Of a DNA stretch of 64,000 nt, positions 52,657 to 64,000 are shown piece by piece (position 1 is the stretch's first letter; each line of letters starts with the position of its first letter). The position numbers were made by a program, and so were the translations under genes. The notes below the pieces were generated by a model, which saw nothing but the letters and a program-made list of their open reading frames with translations, had not been told where the DNA came from and did not search any database. The DNA is taken from NCBI GenBank assembly GCA_042408215.1, contig JAYFMW010000007.1:128001-192000 (forward strand), read 5' to 3'. This DNA is from Microcoleus sp. (GTDB lineage: Bacteria; Cyanobacteriota; Cyanobacteriia; Cyanobacteriales; Microcoleaceae).

Positions 52657-54309
52657 ATGCCCCCTACTTTCAAGAAACTAGCTGCCATTGCCATCTTTTT
52701 TGTAGCCATAAAAGTTTTAGTTGACTCCCCGTATTTCAAAGAAGCAAAGGATTCGATCGCACACCGAAACCAAGCAAGTGCCACCTTAGACACCGAAAGT
52801 CTGCGCCAAACAGCCACACACCAGCCCCCAGCAGCGCCTCAAACACCACCAGAACGCAACTTTGATATAGTAGTCTATGGCGACGAAGTACCGGGCATAT
52901 GTGCAGCTATTTGGGCCAAGAAAACCCTAGGCGCAAACGGAAAAGTAGCCGTAGTGCGATCGAACCATGAAAGCGCACCTTTAGGCGGCGTACTCACCCG
53001 TGGCGGTTTAGGTTACGTCGATTTAGATAAAATACCCGATTGGTATCGCCAACCCTACGCCCAATGCTTCCGGGAATTCCTAGACAAAGCGAAAGTTCCC
53101 GAATCTTGCTTAGAACCAAAAACGGCAGATAAAGCTCTCAAAGAGATGCTGTCAGAAGCCGATGTTAAAGTTATTTCTAACTCAACACTCACTCCTCACG
53201 TAGTCGATCGTAAAATTGAATATGCCGAAGTAAAAGACAGCAATGTCAAAATTAAAGCTAACTCTTACATTGACGTAACTCAAGACGCCGAACTAGCAAG
53301 AAAAGCCGGATTATCCTATTATACAGGATATGAATCGCAAAATATCAAATCTAAAAATGAAACCTTAGCGATATCTATAGTCCCGACAATTACCGGCCTC
53401 ACGATGTCCGACCTCCGCAGAATAGAAGATGAGATTCTTTCCAACACACCTTTAGTAGAAAAGATTAAATATAGCATTGCCAAATATAAAGATGATGCGA
53501 GTGCAGAATTCTGGATGAGGAATTTCTGGAGCACGATTTATCAAGCCTACAGAGACGGCTACAATATCAGAAGTGTAGCCCTAGGAGCAGCCTATCATGT
53601 AGACAGAAATCTGCCCTTTACTCAAGACAAAGGCTTCTTTTTTGACAAGGCCAATATTTGCGTTCATCAAGATAATTCTCTGTCGTGGAACGGCTTTTTG
53701 TTTAAATATCAAGTTGACCAACTAATGAAGATGGAAGCTAACGACAGAAAGCCGACTCCTGAGATGCTGAAAGAAATGTCATTTCTGCAAGAGTGGCTGC
53801 AAAAAAAATCGGGTAAAGATGTGAGACTATTTATCCCGGATGAGGTTTATATCAGGCAAACTTTGAATATTCGCGATGTCGTAGAACCGCTGACTGGGAA
53901 GGAAATTATTAAAGGAGGAACAGTGCCCGAAAAGTCGATCGGCAGTTTTTCCTATGACTTTGATTTACGAGGCGGAGTCAAGGATTTGTCATCGAGAATT
54001 CCAGGATTGCCCGTGTATAATTTTGGCATAGAAAGTGCATTGGCTAGCAAAGTGAATAATTTGGCGATCGTCGGGCGATCCTCTGGATATGTCGGTATGG
54101 CTGTATCAGTCGGGCGAATTGCGACGGTGAATATTTATCAAGGACAAGGTGTGGGTGTGGCGGCCGGTTTGGCTAGCAAATTGGGAGTACCGCTGAATAC
54201 AATTACTTCGAGTAAAACGAGAGAAACTTTGGAGACTTTGACGGGGAAAACTACTTATTTATCTGGGAGAGATACGAGTTATGGGGTGGATTATCAGGAG
54301 GTGAAATAG
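52657..54309 (+). CDS. Secreted/anchored FAD-dependent oxidoreductase
   Basis: N-terminal hydrophobic helix; DIVVYG...GICAA, LGG.LT.GG, IDVTQDAELA..AG, NLAIVGR. Confidence 0.8.
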   Translation: MPPTFKKLAAIAIFFVAIKVLVDSPYFKEAKDSIAHRNQASATLDTESLRQTATHQPPAAPQTPPERNFDIVVYGDEVPGICAAIWAKKTLGANGKVAVVRSNHESAPLGGVLTRGGLGYVDLDKIPDWYRQPYAQCFREFLDKAKVPESCLEPKTADKALKEMLSEADVKVISNSTLTPHVVDRKIEYAEVKDSNVKIKANSYIDVTQDAELARKAGLSYYTGYESQNIKSKNETLAISIVPTITGLTMSDLRRIEDEILSNTPLVEKIKYSIAKYKDDASAEFWMRNFWSTIYQAYRDGYNIRSVALGAAYHVDRNLPFTQDKGFFFDKANICVHQDNSLSWNGFLFKYQVDQLMKMEANDRKPTPEMLKEMSFLQEWLQKKSGKDVRLFIPDEVYIRQTLNIRDVVEPLTGKEIIKGGTVPEKSIGSFSYDFDLRGGVKDLSSRIPGLPVYNFGIESALASKVNNLAIVGRSSGYVGMAVSVGRIATVNIYQGQGVGVAAGLASKLGVPLNTITSSKTRETLETLTGKTTYLSGRDTSYGVDYQEVK

Positions 54310-55404
54310 ATCTTAAGAGGATTTTACCGCAGAGAGCGCAGAGGGCGCAGAGAGGGGAGGGATGAAAGGTTTTTTTTACGACATCAAAAACCCTCCCAAA
54401 GCTCTTCCCTCTGCGTCCTCTGGCGCTGGAGCGGTTCAAAACTCTTCTCTTTATGAAGTGGATTATAAAGAAGTGAAATAGATCTTAAGAGGATTTTACC
54501 ACAGAGAGCGCAGAGAGCGCAGAGAGGGGAGGATTGAGAGGGTTTTTTACGACATCAAAAACCCTCCCAAAGCTCTTCCCTCTGCGTCCTCTGGCGCTGG
54601 AGCGGTTCAAAACTCTTCTCTTTATGAAGTGGATGATAAAGAAGTGAAATAGATCTTAAGAGGATTTTACCACAGAGAGCGCAGAGGGCGCAGAGAGGGG
54701 AGGGATGAAAGGTTTTTTTTACGACATCAAAAACCCTCCCAAAACTCTTCCCTCTGCGTCCTCTGGCGCTGGAGCGGTTCAAAACTCTTCTCTTTATGAA
54801 GTGGATTATAAAGAAGTGAAATAGATCTTAAGAGGATTTTACCGCAGAGAGCGCAGAGGGCGCAGAGAGGGGAGGGATGAAAGGTTTTTTTTACGACATC
54901 AAAAACCCTCCCAAAGCTCTTCCCTCTGCGTCCTCTGGCGCTGGAGCGGTTCAAAACTCTTCTCTTTATGAAGTGGATTATAAAGAAGTGAAATAGATCT
55001 TAAGAGGATTTTACCACAGAGAGCGCAGAGAGCGCAGAGAGGGGAGGATTGAGAGGGTTTTTTACGACATCAAAAACCCTCCCAAAGCTCTTCCCTCTGC
55101 GTCCTCTGGCGCTGGAGCGGTTCAAAACTCTTCTCTTTATGAAGTGGATTATAAAGAAGTGAAATAGATCTTAAGAGGATTTTACCACAGAGAGCGCAGA
55201 GGGCGCAGAGAGGGGAGGGATGAAAGGTTTTTTTTACGACATCAAAAACCCTCCCAAAACTCTTCCCTCTGCGTCCTCTGGCGCTGGAGCGGTTCAAAAC
55301 TCTTCTCTTTATGAAGTGGATTATAAAGAAGTGAAATAGATCTTAAGAGGATTTTACCACAGAGAGCGCAGAGGGCGCAGAGAGGGGAGGGTTGAGAGGG
55401 TTTG
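54279..55404. repeat. 171/172-bp tandem array, six full copies plus a partial seventh, ABC-ABC higher-order structure
   Basis: gtggat anchors at 54286, 54458, 54629, 54801, 54973, 55144, 55316. Confidence 0.97.
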
Positions 55405-55782
55405 TTAGGAGAGGATGAGGCGGCGGATTCCTTCTCTTAAAAAGCGGACATTAAAGTTGATGAGAAGGGCTAGAGGATAACCAGTCATTTTGAGGTAGGA
55501 GATAACTTGAGCTTCATGGATAGGAAGTAGAGTTTGCACTGACTTTAATTCAACAACGAGAGTCTTGGCAACCAGCATATCGTATCTGCCTTCCCCAACC
55601 AAAACACCTTTGTAAAGGACATTCACCGTAGGCTGAGGGTCAAAAGGAATTCCCCGGCGCGAGAGTTCTTCACGCAACGAATTCTCGTATACCGCTTCCA
55701 AAAACCCCGGCCCCAACTCCTTGTGAACCTCCATCGCCGCGCCAATCACAGCGTAACTCAATTCATTAAGATTCTCTGCCAA
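55405..55782 (-). CDS. GxxExxY protein (PD-(D/E)XK nuclease superfamily)
   Basis: VHKELGPGFLEAVYE, D.LV....VVELK, HEAQVISYLK, LLINF. Confidence 0.93.
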   Translation of the reverse strand: MAENLNELSYAVIGAAMEVHKELGPGFLEAVYENSLREELSRRGIPFDPQPTVNVLYKGVLVGEGRYDMLVAKTLVVELKSVQTLLPIHEAQVISYLKMTGYPLALLINFNVRFLREGIRRLILS

Positions 55783-55940
55783 CTCTCTTCTCTCCTTTTC
55801 TCAAACCAATAATCACAATCATAATCCAAAACCCTCCGAACACTCTTCCCTCTGCGCCCTCTGCGCCCTCTGCGGTTCAAACCTCTTCTCTTCCCTCACC
55901 TATGGCACAATCTTAATATAAAACCTCCACCCTCTCGCCA

Positions 55941-58718
55941 ATGACCGCAAACCTACCCCCCCAATACGACCCCAAAGCCACCGAAGCCAAATGGCAAAAA
56001 TACTGGGAAGATAACCAAACCTTCAAAGCTGACCCAGAACAAGGCGGCGAACCTTACTGTATCATCATCCCACCTCCCAACGTCACCGGCAGCCTCCACA
56101 TGGGCCACGCTTTCAACAACTCCCTCGTTGACGCACTCATCCGCTATCACCGCATGATTGGTGACAATACCCTCTGTCTCCCCGGAACTGACCACGCTAG
56201 CATCGCAGTTCAAACTATTCTCGAAAAGCAACTCAAAGCTGAAGGTAAAACTCGCGATGATTTAGGAAGAGAAAAGTTCTTGGAACGGGCCTGGAATTGG
56301 AAAGCTGAATCGGGCGGTGCTATTGTTAATCAATTGCAGCGTTTGGGTTTGTCTGCGGATTGGTCGCGGGAACGTTTTACGATGGATGAAGGTTTGTCTA
56401 AATCTGTTTTAGCTGCTTTTGTTCGACTCTACGAAGAAGGGATGATTTATCGTGGCAATTATTTAGTTAATTGGTGTCCAGCTAGTCAGTCTGCTGTCTC
56501 TGATTTGGAAGTAGAAAGTAAGGAAGTTGATGGGAATTTGTGGCACTTTCGCTATCCTTTATCTGACGGTAGCGGTTTTGTGGAGGTGGCGACTACTCGA
56601 CCGGAAACGATGTTGGGTGATACTGGGGTGGCGGTGAATCCCAATGACGATCGCTACAAGCATCTTATCGGTAAAACTCTGACTCTGCCAATTATGAATC
56701 GGGAAATTCCGATTTTTGCTGATGAATTAGTCGATCCAACTTTCGGAACTGGTTGTGTGAAAGTGACTCCAGCCCATGACCCGAATGATTTTGAGATGGG
56801 TAAGCGTCATAATTTGCCGTTTATCAATATCATGAATAAGGACGGCACTTTAAATGAAAATGCGGGTGAGTTTCAAGGACAAGACCGGTTTGTTGCTCGC
56901 AAAAATGTAATTAAGCGGCTAGATTCTGACGGGTTTTTGGTGAAAATAGAGGATTATAAACATACTGTTCCTTTTAGCGATCGCGGAAAAGTTCCGGTAG
57001 AACCCCTATTATCCACTCAGTGGTTTGTCAAAACTCGCCCGATGGCTGACAAGGCTTTGGAATTTCTCGACCAACACAATCAGCCGCAGTTTGTACCTTC
57101 TCGCTGGACTAAGGTTTATCGCGATTGGTTGGTGAAAATTAAAGATTGGTGCATTTCGCGGCAGTTGTGGTGGGGACATCAAATCCCGGCTTGGTATGCT
57201 GTTAGCGAAACCGGTGGCGAAATTACAGATCATACTCCTTTTGTGGTGGCCACAAATGAGGCGGCTGCTAGGGAAAAAGCTTTATCACAATTTGGAGAAA
57301 ATGTCAAGTTAGAACAAGACCCGGATGTTTTGGATACTTGGTTTTCGTCGGGACTTTGGCCGTTTTCGACGATGGGATGGCCGGAGGAAACTGCGGATTT
57401 GGCAAGGTATTATCCTAACAGTACGCTATCGACTGGTTTTGATATCATCTTTTTCTGGGTTGCTAGAATGACGATGATGGCGGGATATTTTACGGATAAA
57501 ATGCCGTTTGAAACTGTGTATATTCACGGTTTGATCTTGGATGAAAATGGTAAAAAACAATCTAAGTCGGCGGGAAATGGTATCGATCCGTTAGTTTTGA
57601 TTGATAAGTATGGTACTGATGCTTTGCGTTATTCGCTGATGCGGGAAACTGCTGGTGCGGGCCAAGATGTCCGTTTGGATTACAACCGGCAATCCCATGA
57701 GTCGGCGACGGTGGAAGCTTCCCGGAATTTCACTAATAAGTTGTGGAATGCTGCGCGGTTTGTGATGATGAATTTGGCGGGACAAACTCCGCAGCAATTG
57801 GGGAATCCTTACCCCCCCCAGCCCCCCGTAGGGGCGGTGCCCCCGTGCCCGCCCTCTAAGAGGGGGAGTGAAGAGGGGTTGGAATTGTGCGATCGCTGGA
57901 TTCTTTCTCGCTATTATCAAGTTGTACAGCAAAGTCGTAATGATTTTGAAAGTTACGCTTTGGGGGAAGCGGCGAAGGGACTTTATGAGTTTATCTGGGG
58001 CGATTTTTGTGACTGGTATATTGAGTTAGTCAAGTCTCGCTTACAACAGGATGCTGAACCTAATTCTAAGAAAGCGGCACAGCAAACTTTTGCTTTTGTT
58101 TTGGAAGGTATTCTGAAACTTTTGCATCCTTTTATGCCGCACATTACTGAGGAAATTTGGCACACTCTGACTCAAAAAGGTGAGGATGAATGTCTGGCTT
58201 TGCAAGCTTATCCTGAAGCGGATATATCGCTGATTGCTCCTGATTTAGAACAGCAGTTTGAGTTGTTATTTGGCACGATTCGGACTATTCGCAATTTGCG
58301 GGCTGATACTGATATTAAGCCGGGAGTTAAGGTGACGGCGTTTTTGCAAAGCGAAAGCGCAAAAGAACGCGAAATTATCTCAAATGGAGCCATTTACATT
58401 AAAGATTTGGCTAGGGTGGAAAATCTGACGATTACTGCTAGTTTGGATGCAGATTTAGGACAGACAATTGCTGGGGTTGTGGGTACTGTGCAAGTATTGA
58501 TTCCTCTGGCTGGGGTGGTTGATCTGGTGGCTTTGCGTGCTAAATTGGAGAAAAAATTGGGCAAGGTTGAAGGGGAAATTAAGCATACTTCGGCGCGTTT
58601 GGCGAATCAGAAGTTTGTGGAAAAAGCTGACCCGGAAGTTGTTCAGGTGGCGCGGGATGGTTTGGCGGAGGCGGAGAAACAGGCGGAAATTTTGCGCGAT
58701 CGACTAAAGTTGTTTTAA
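55941..58718 (+). CDS. valS: Valine--tRNA ligase
   Basis: [37 protein letters not shown]. Confidence 0.98.
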   Translation: MTANLPPQYDPKATEAKWQKYWEDNQTFKADPEQGGEPYCIIIPPPNVTGSLHMGHAFNNSLVDALIRYHRMIGDNTLCLPGTDHASIAVQTILEKQLKAEGKTRDDLGREKFLERAWNWKAESGGAIVNQLQRLGLSADWSRERFTMDEGLSKSVLAAFVRLYEEGMIYRGNYLVNWCPASQSAVSDLEVESKEVDGNLWHFRYPLSDGSGFVEVATTRPETMLGDTGVAVNPNDDRYKHLIGKTLTLPIMNREIPIFADELVDPTFGTGCVKVTPAHDPNDFEMGKRHNLPFINIMNKDGTLNENAGEFQGQDRFVARKNVIKRLDSDGFLVKIEDYKHTVPFSDRGKVPVEPLLSTQWFVKTRPMADKALEFLDQHNQPQFVPSRWTKVYRDWLVKIKDWCISRQLWWGHQIPAWYAVSETGGEITDHTPFVVATNEAAAREKALSQFGENVKLEQDPDVLDTWFSSGLWPFSTMGWPEETADLARYYPNSTLSTGFDIIFFWVARMTMMAGYFTDKMPFETVYIHGLILDENGKKQSKSAGNGIDPLVLIDKYGTDALRYSLMRETAGAGQDVRLDYNRQSHESATVEASRNFTNKLWNAARFVMMNLAGQTPQQLGNPYPPQPPVGAVPPCPPSKRGSEEGLELCDRWILSRYYQVVQQSRNDFESYALGEAAKGLYEFIWGDFCDWYIELVKSRLQQDAEPNSKKAAQQTFAFVLEGILKLLHPFMPHITEEIWHTLTQKGEDECLALQAYPEADISLIAPDLEQQFELLFGTIRTIRNLRADTDIKPGVKVTAFLQSESAKEREIISNGAIYIKDLARVENLTITASLDADLGQTIAGVVGTVQVLIPLAGVVDLVALRAKLEKKLGKVEGEIKHTSARLANQKFVEKADPEVVQVARDGLAEAEKQAEILRDRLKLF

Positions 58719-58984
58719 GGAGTCATTAGTCCTTAGTCATTTGTCATTAGTCAGTCAAGCTGTAGGGTGCGTGAGGGCGAAAAATCTGGGAATCCCAATC
58801 AAAATATTGGCTCTCACGCACCGCAGGCGCGATCGACTAAAGTTGTTTTAAGGAGTCATTAGTCCTTAGTCATTTGTCATTAGTCAGTCAAGCTGTAGGG
58901 TGCGTGAGGGCGAAAAATCTGGGAATCCCAATGAAGATATGGACTCTCACGCACCGCAGGCGCGATCGACTAAAGTTGTTTTAA
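58694..58984. repeat. About 133-bp tandem duplication containing the valS 3' end
   Basis: gcgcgatcgactaaagttgttttaa occurs three times (near 58694, 58827, 58960). Confidence 0.9.
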
Positions 58985-59291
58985 TAGTTGATTGTTGACG
59001 GTTGACTGGGGCCGGGGCGGGTTTTCGAGATAGTTAGTTTTGGGCATAGATTGTTTGTAAAACCCGCCCCTACGAGTTCGTAAATCAAACAAATAACCAA
59101 TAACTAATAACTAATCGATGCCCCCTAACCCCCCTTTATTAAGGGGAGTAGGGGAGTAGGGGGTGTGGGACAAGAGCGCTCAAAGTCAACCCCTACTCCC
59201 CTTCTTAAGGGGGATTTAGGGGGATCGAGTCTCGGCTACAAGCAAGATATACAAATAACCAATAACTAATAACTCATAACTAATAACCCTT

Positions 59292-59786
59292 ATGCTATAT
59301 CTAGCTCAGGTACAAAATCAGGAAGTTTTAGACGATCGCGCCCTGGAATTGCTGGCTTGTCAAAATGCTGATGATACTTGGGCGATTCTTGTTGAAAAAA
59401 AAGTCTTGACATTCCCGACAGATTGTGGTATACAGCTAAATAACTTCCCAACTAATGTCTTAAATGAAGGCGTTTTAGTATTAGCTGATATTGGGGAAAA
59501 TGGCGAAGTTTTGAAGATGCGATCGGCTACAAACTGGGTACTCGAATTAGTCGATCGGTATTTGACAACAGGTATTACACCAGATTTTTTGCAGCTAGAA
59601 GCTGAGAAAGCAGAAGAGTGGCGGCAATCTCTCACTTTGCAAAGTCAAGCATTATCTCGTCGTTTCATTGAAGTAGAAGCCCGCCGAGAACAAATTCAAA
59701 CTTTAGAAGCAAAACTTCAGCAGGAAAAGCAATTGCTGGAAAGTACGATCGCCCAATTGACAACAAAATTTGAACCCGCCGCATAG
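59292..59786 (+). CDS. Conserved cyanobacterial coiled-coil hypothetical protein
   Basis: MLYLAQV, L.LLACQ, EEWRQSLTLQSQ.L.RR..E.EAR. Confidence 0.8.
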   Translation: MLYLAQVQNQEVLDDRALELLACQNADDTWAILVEKKVLTFPTDCGIQLNNFPTNVLNEGVLVLADIGENGEVLKMRSATNWVLELVDRYLTTGITPDFLQLEAEKAEEWRQSLTLQSQALSRRFIEVEARREQIQTLEAKLQQEKQLLESTIAQLTTKFEPAA

Positions 59787-59854
59787 AATTCCGATCCTCC
59801 ACAAACAAAGTCCCAGCAGAGTGGGACTAAGATAATAGAAGCAATATCATTGGG

Positions 59855-60784
59855 CTAAAGAATTTTGGATTTCAGCCAAGCGGCGGGGAGACACTGCAAT
59901 TTCTGAGAATTGGTAACGTAGGCCCGCTTCTGGAACACGTCGTACTGATTCCGTTCGATCGCATTTAAGATTCTGCTATAAAGCATGGTAGCAGCCCACA
60001 CAGTCCAGCGGATATCGGGACTCAGCACTTTGATTCCCGGTTCGGCGCTAGTATATAATTTGCGAGCTCGCTGAATTTGAAAGCGCATCAATTCCCGCCA
60101 GCGGTTGTCAATTACACCATTGAATAAATCTGCTTCGGTATAGTTAAACAGCGCTAAGTCTTCTAAGGGAATGTAAATGCGGCCGCGGCGGGCGTCTTCT
60201 CCGACATCGCGCAGAATGTTAGTCAACTGTTTGGCGATACCAAGGGAGATGGCCTCTTCTTTGGGAATTTTATTACCCCAATGCCAATTCCAGTTAGCAG
60301 CGGAGTTCGATTCGTCCACGCCCATGACAGACATCGACATCATCCCGACAGTACCGGCTACCCGATAACAATAAAGATTGAGCTCTTCAAAAGTTTCGTA
60401 GCGACTGCGGTACAAGTCCATTTGCTGGCCCGCAATCATCTCTCGAAACGGCTGAATGTCGATCGGGAAGCGAGAAAGCGTATCCACCAAAGCTACGTCT
60501 AAATCGTCGTGGGGGTGGCCGGCAAACAGCGATTCTAGGCGTTTTTCCCACAAATTGAGGGTTTCAGGGGTTGTGGCATCAGAACCCGGCCCGTCTACAA
60601 GTTCGTCGGTGCGGCGGCACCAGACGTAAATCGCCCAAATCGCCCGACGCTTGGCTTCGGGCATGAGTTGAGTGCCTAAATAAAAATTTTTGGCATAACT
60701 CGCGGTGACTTGGCGACAGAGTTCGTAGGATTCATCCAAAGAAGCCAGAGTTCTCATGCACTGGAGTTTTGACAGTTGCAGCAT
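59855..60784 (-). CDS. crtB: Phytoene synthase
   Basis: AIYVWCRRTDELVD, YCYRVAGTVG, QLTNILRDVGEDARRGRIY. Confidence 0.97.
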   Translation of the reverse strand: MLQLSKLQCMRTLASLDESYELCRQVTASYAKNFYLGTQLMPEAKRRAIWAIYVWCRRTDELVDGPGSDATTPETLNLWEKRLESLFAGHPHDDLDVALVDTLSRFPIDIQPFREMIAGQQMDLYRSRYETFEELNLYCYRVAGTVGMMSMSVMGVDESNSAANWNWHWGNKIPKEEAISLGIAKQLTNILRDVGEDARRGRIYIPLEDLALFNYTEADLFNGVIDNRWRELMRFQIQRARKLYTSAEPGIKVLSPDIRWTVWAATMLYSRILNAIERNQYDVFQKRAYVTNSQKLQCLPAAWLKSKIL

Positions 60785-60813
60785 CCGAGAATAAGAAATT
60801 TAAAGATTAGAAT

Positions 60814-61252
60814 TGACACTCCCCCGTTTAGAAAACGGGAGATTCTTTTACGTCTTTGTCAGGAACCTCAGCCTAAAGGCGTGAGGCTTGAAAGAGAAAT
60901 CTAGCAAGCCGTTCTGACCAGCCTCAGTCTTCATTGACTACGTTTTTTGAGTCACGACACCCTGTGGATGCGAAGCTAGTCCCCTGCTCTGTCGCTAGTG
61001 GTTAAACAGTCTTAAGGTCACTGAGACGGTGCTGCTAGCCGTGCGCAAGCTCTTAAAACTTTGGCGAAGCTAACATTACCCCAGTAATGGGAGGCTCTGT
61101 AAGGAGCGAAACACTATGCGTACAGGGTTGCAAAATTTGAAACGGTAACTGTCCCGTTGAAAGTGCATTACAAAAGTACACCAAATTAAACAACCCCAAG
61201 GCGGTAGTGATAAATGTAAAGCCGTCCTAAAAGGACGGGGTTTCAAACCCAT
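60814..61252 (+). mobile_element. Non-autonomous IS200/IS605-superfamily remnant(s)
   Basis: Subterminal-type hairpins ctcccccgtttagaaaacgggag (about 60819) and ccgtcctaaaaggacgg (about 61222). Confidence 0.7.
60858..61110 (+). ncRNA. HEARO/omegaRNA-like scaffold of an IscB-type element, without the iscB ORF
   Basis: gtcaggaacctcagcctaaaggcgtgaggcttg, gaccagcctcag, ctacgtt, acacc, ggatgc..ctagtcc, ctctg, ggttaaacag, tggcgaag, ttac in the order recalled for this RNA family. Confidence 0.75.
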
Positions 61253-61278
61253 TTTTCTGATGAAAAATTCTTAATTTT

Positions 61279-62659
<1,381 letters not shown>

Positions 62660-62764
62660 TTACTTGGCCTCTGTGTTCGCTTCGGTTTAATTATACTTTA
62701 CAACTCGTTACATTTTTTTAGGGAAATCTGTAGGGAAACGGCACTGCCGTGTCCGGTGCGGGGA

Positions 62765-64000
62765 GGACTCAAGCGCGGGGTACTCAGAAACCGGGTTTTT
62801 GCGACAAAACTTCGTTACACCGTGCAGAAACCCAAAAAAACCCGGTTTCTCGACTCAAGCGCGAGGTACTCAGAAACCGGGTTTTTGCCAGAAAACTTCG
62901 TTACACCGTGCAGAAACCCAAAAAAACCCGGTTTCTTGACTCACCCGCGAGGTATCCAGAAACCGATCCCCCTAAATCCCCCTTAAGAAGGGGAGTAGGG
63001 GTTGACTTTGATCGGAATCTTGTCCCCACCCTTATTAAGGGGGGTTAGGGGGGATCAGATTCTATGCAGCCTCATAAAAACTGCGTTACACCGTGCAGAA
63101 ACGCGAAAAAACCCGGTTTCTTGACTCACGCGCGAGGTACTCAGAAACCGGGTTTTTGCCAGAAAACTTGTTACACCGTGCAGAAACCCAAAAAAACCCG
63201 GTTTCTCGACTCAAGCGCGGGGTACTCAGAAACCGGGTTTTTGCGAGAAAACTGCGTTACACCATGCAGAAACGCGAAAAAACCCGGTTTCTTGACTCAA
63301 GCGCGGGGTATCCAGAAACCGATCCCCCTAAATCCCCCTTAAGAAGGGGGACTTTGATCGGAATCTTGTCCCACCCCCTACTCCCCTTATTAAGGGGGGT
63401 TAGGGGGGATCAGATTCTATGCAGCCTCATAAAAACTTCGTTACACCGTGCAGAAACCCCAAAAAAACCCGGTTTCTTGACTCACCCACGAGGTATCCAG
63501 AAACCGGGTTTTTGCCAGAAAACTTCGTTACACCGTGCAGAAACCCAAAAAAACCCGGTTTCTTGACTCACCCGCGAGGTATCCAGAAACCGATCCCCCT
63601 AAATCCCCCTTAAGAAGGGGGACTTTGATCGGAATCTTGTCCCACACCCCCTACTCCCCTACTCCCCTTATTAAGGGGGGTTAGGGGGGATCAGATTCTA
63701 TGCAGCCTCATAAAAACTTCGTTACACCGTGCAGAAACCCAAAAAAACCCGGTTTCTCGACTCAAGCGCGGGGTACTCAGAAACCGGGTTTTTGCGAGAA
63801 AACTGCGTTACACAATGCAGAAACCCAAAAAAACCCGGTTTCTCGACTCACCCGCGAGGTATCCAGAAACCGATCCCCCTAAATCCCCCTTAAGAAGGGG
63901 TTGACTTTGATCGGAATCTTGTCCCACACCCCCTACTCCCCTACTCCCCTTATTAAGGGGGGTTAGGGGGGATCAGATTCTATGCAGCCTCATAAAAACT
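62765..64000. repeat. Composite tandem array of about 78-bp agaaaccgggttt doublets and ccccctaaatcccccttaag elements; runs off window end
   Basis: Repeated cagaaaccgggtttttg..aaaacccggtttct units; four gatccccctaaat...ggggatcagattctatgcagcctcat blocks. Confidence 0.95.

Noticed and set aside
54279..55404. Possible CRISPR array, or genes from the repeated 62-75 aa ORFs
   Set aside because: No variable spacers; the ORFs are by-products of the repeat
62749..63882. Short ORFs in the terminal array
   Set aside because: Translations of palindromic repeats with no protein signature

Overview
Chromosomal window from a filamentous cyanobacterium (psaD, petH, prk, pds-crtB, dense HIP1 GCGATCGC octamers; the repeat content suggests a Microcoleus/Oscillatoria-like organism, which is an inference). 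Housekeeping genes (ribBA, tRNA-Phe, trpG, dgkA, ybeY, thrS, trpE, hom, valS) alternate with accessory modules and many small repeats. Main observations: (1) a RelE/ParE-like toxin fused to a superfamily-1 helicase, followed by a tail-anchored coiled-coil gene, sits in a 3.4-kb island bounded by a duplicated hom promoter/5' end and is a candidate anti-phage system; (2) a GxxExxY nuclease gene is preceded by six tandem gene-less copies of its own two flanks, suggesting a repeat-generating mobile unit; (3) two protein-less OMEGA-type remnants are present, an IscB-type HEARO/omegaRNA between pds and crtB and a TnpB 3' end between petH and prk; (4) an McrBC pair has an atypical AT-rich McrB N-terminus; (5) MITEs are nested in REP-like hairpins and repeats are inserted in frame in valS, ribBA and a glycosyltransferase. 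trpE, pds and an HTH-NB-ARC gene each carry a single +1 frameshift, probably sequencing error. No CRISPR array was found. All family assignments are from motif recognition by eye, not database searches.
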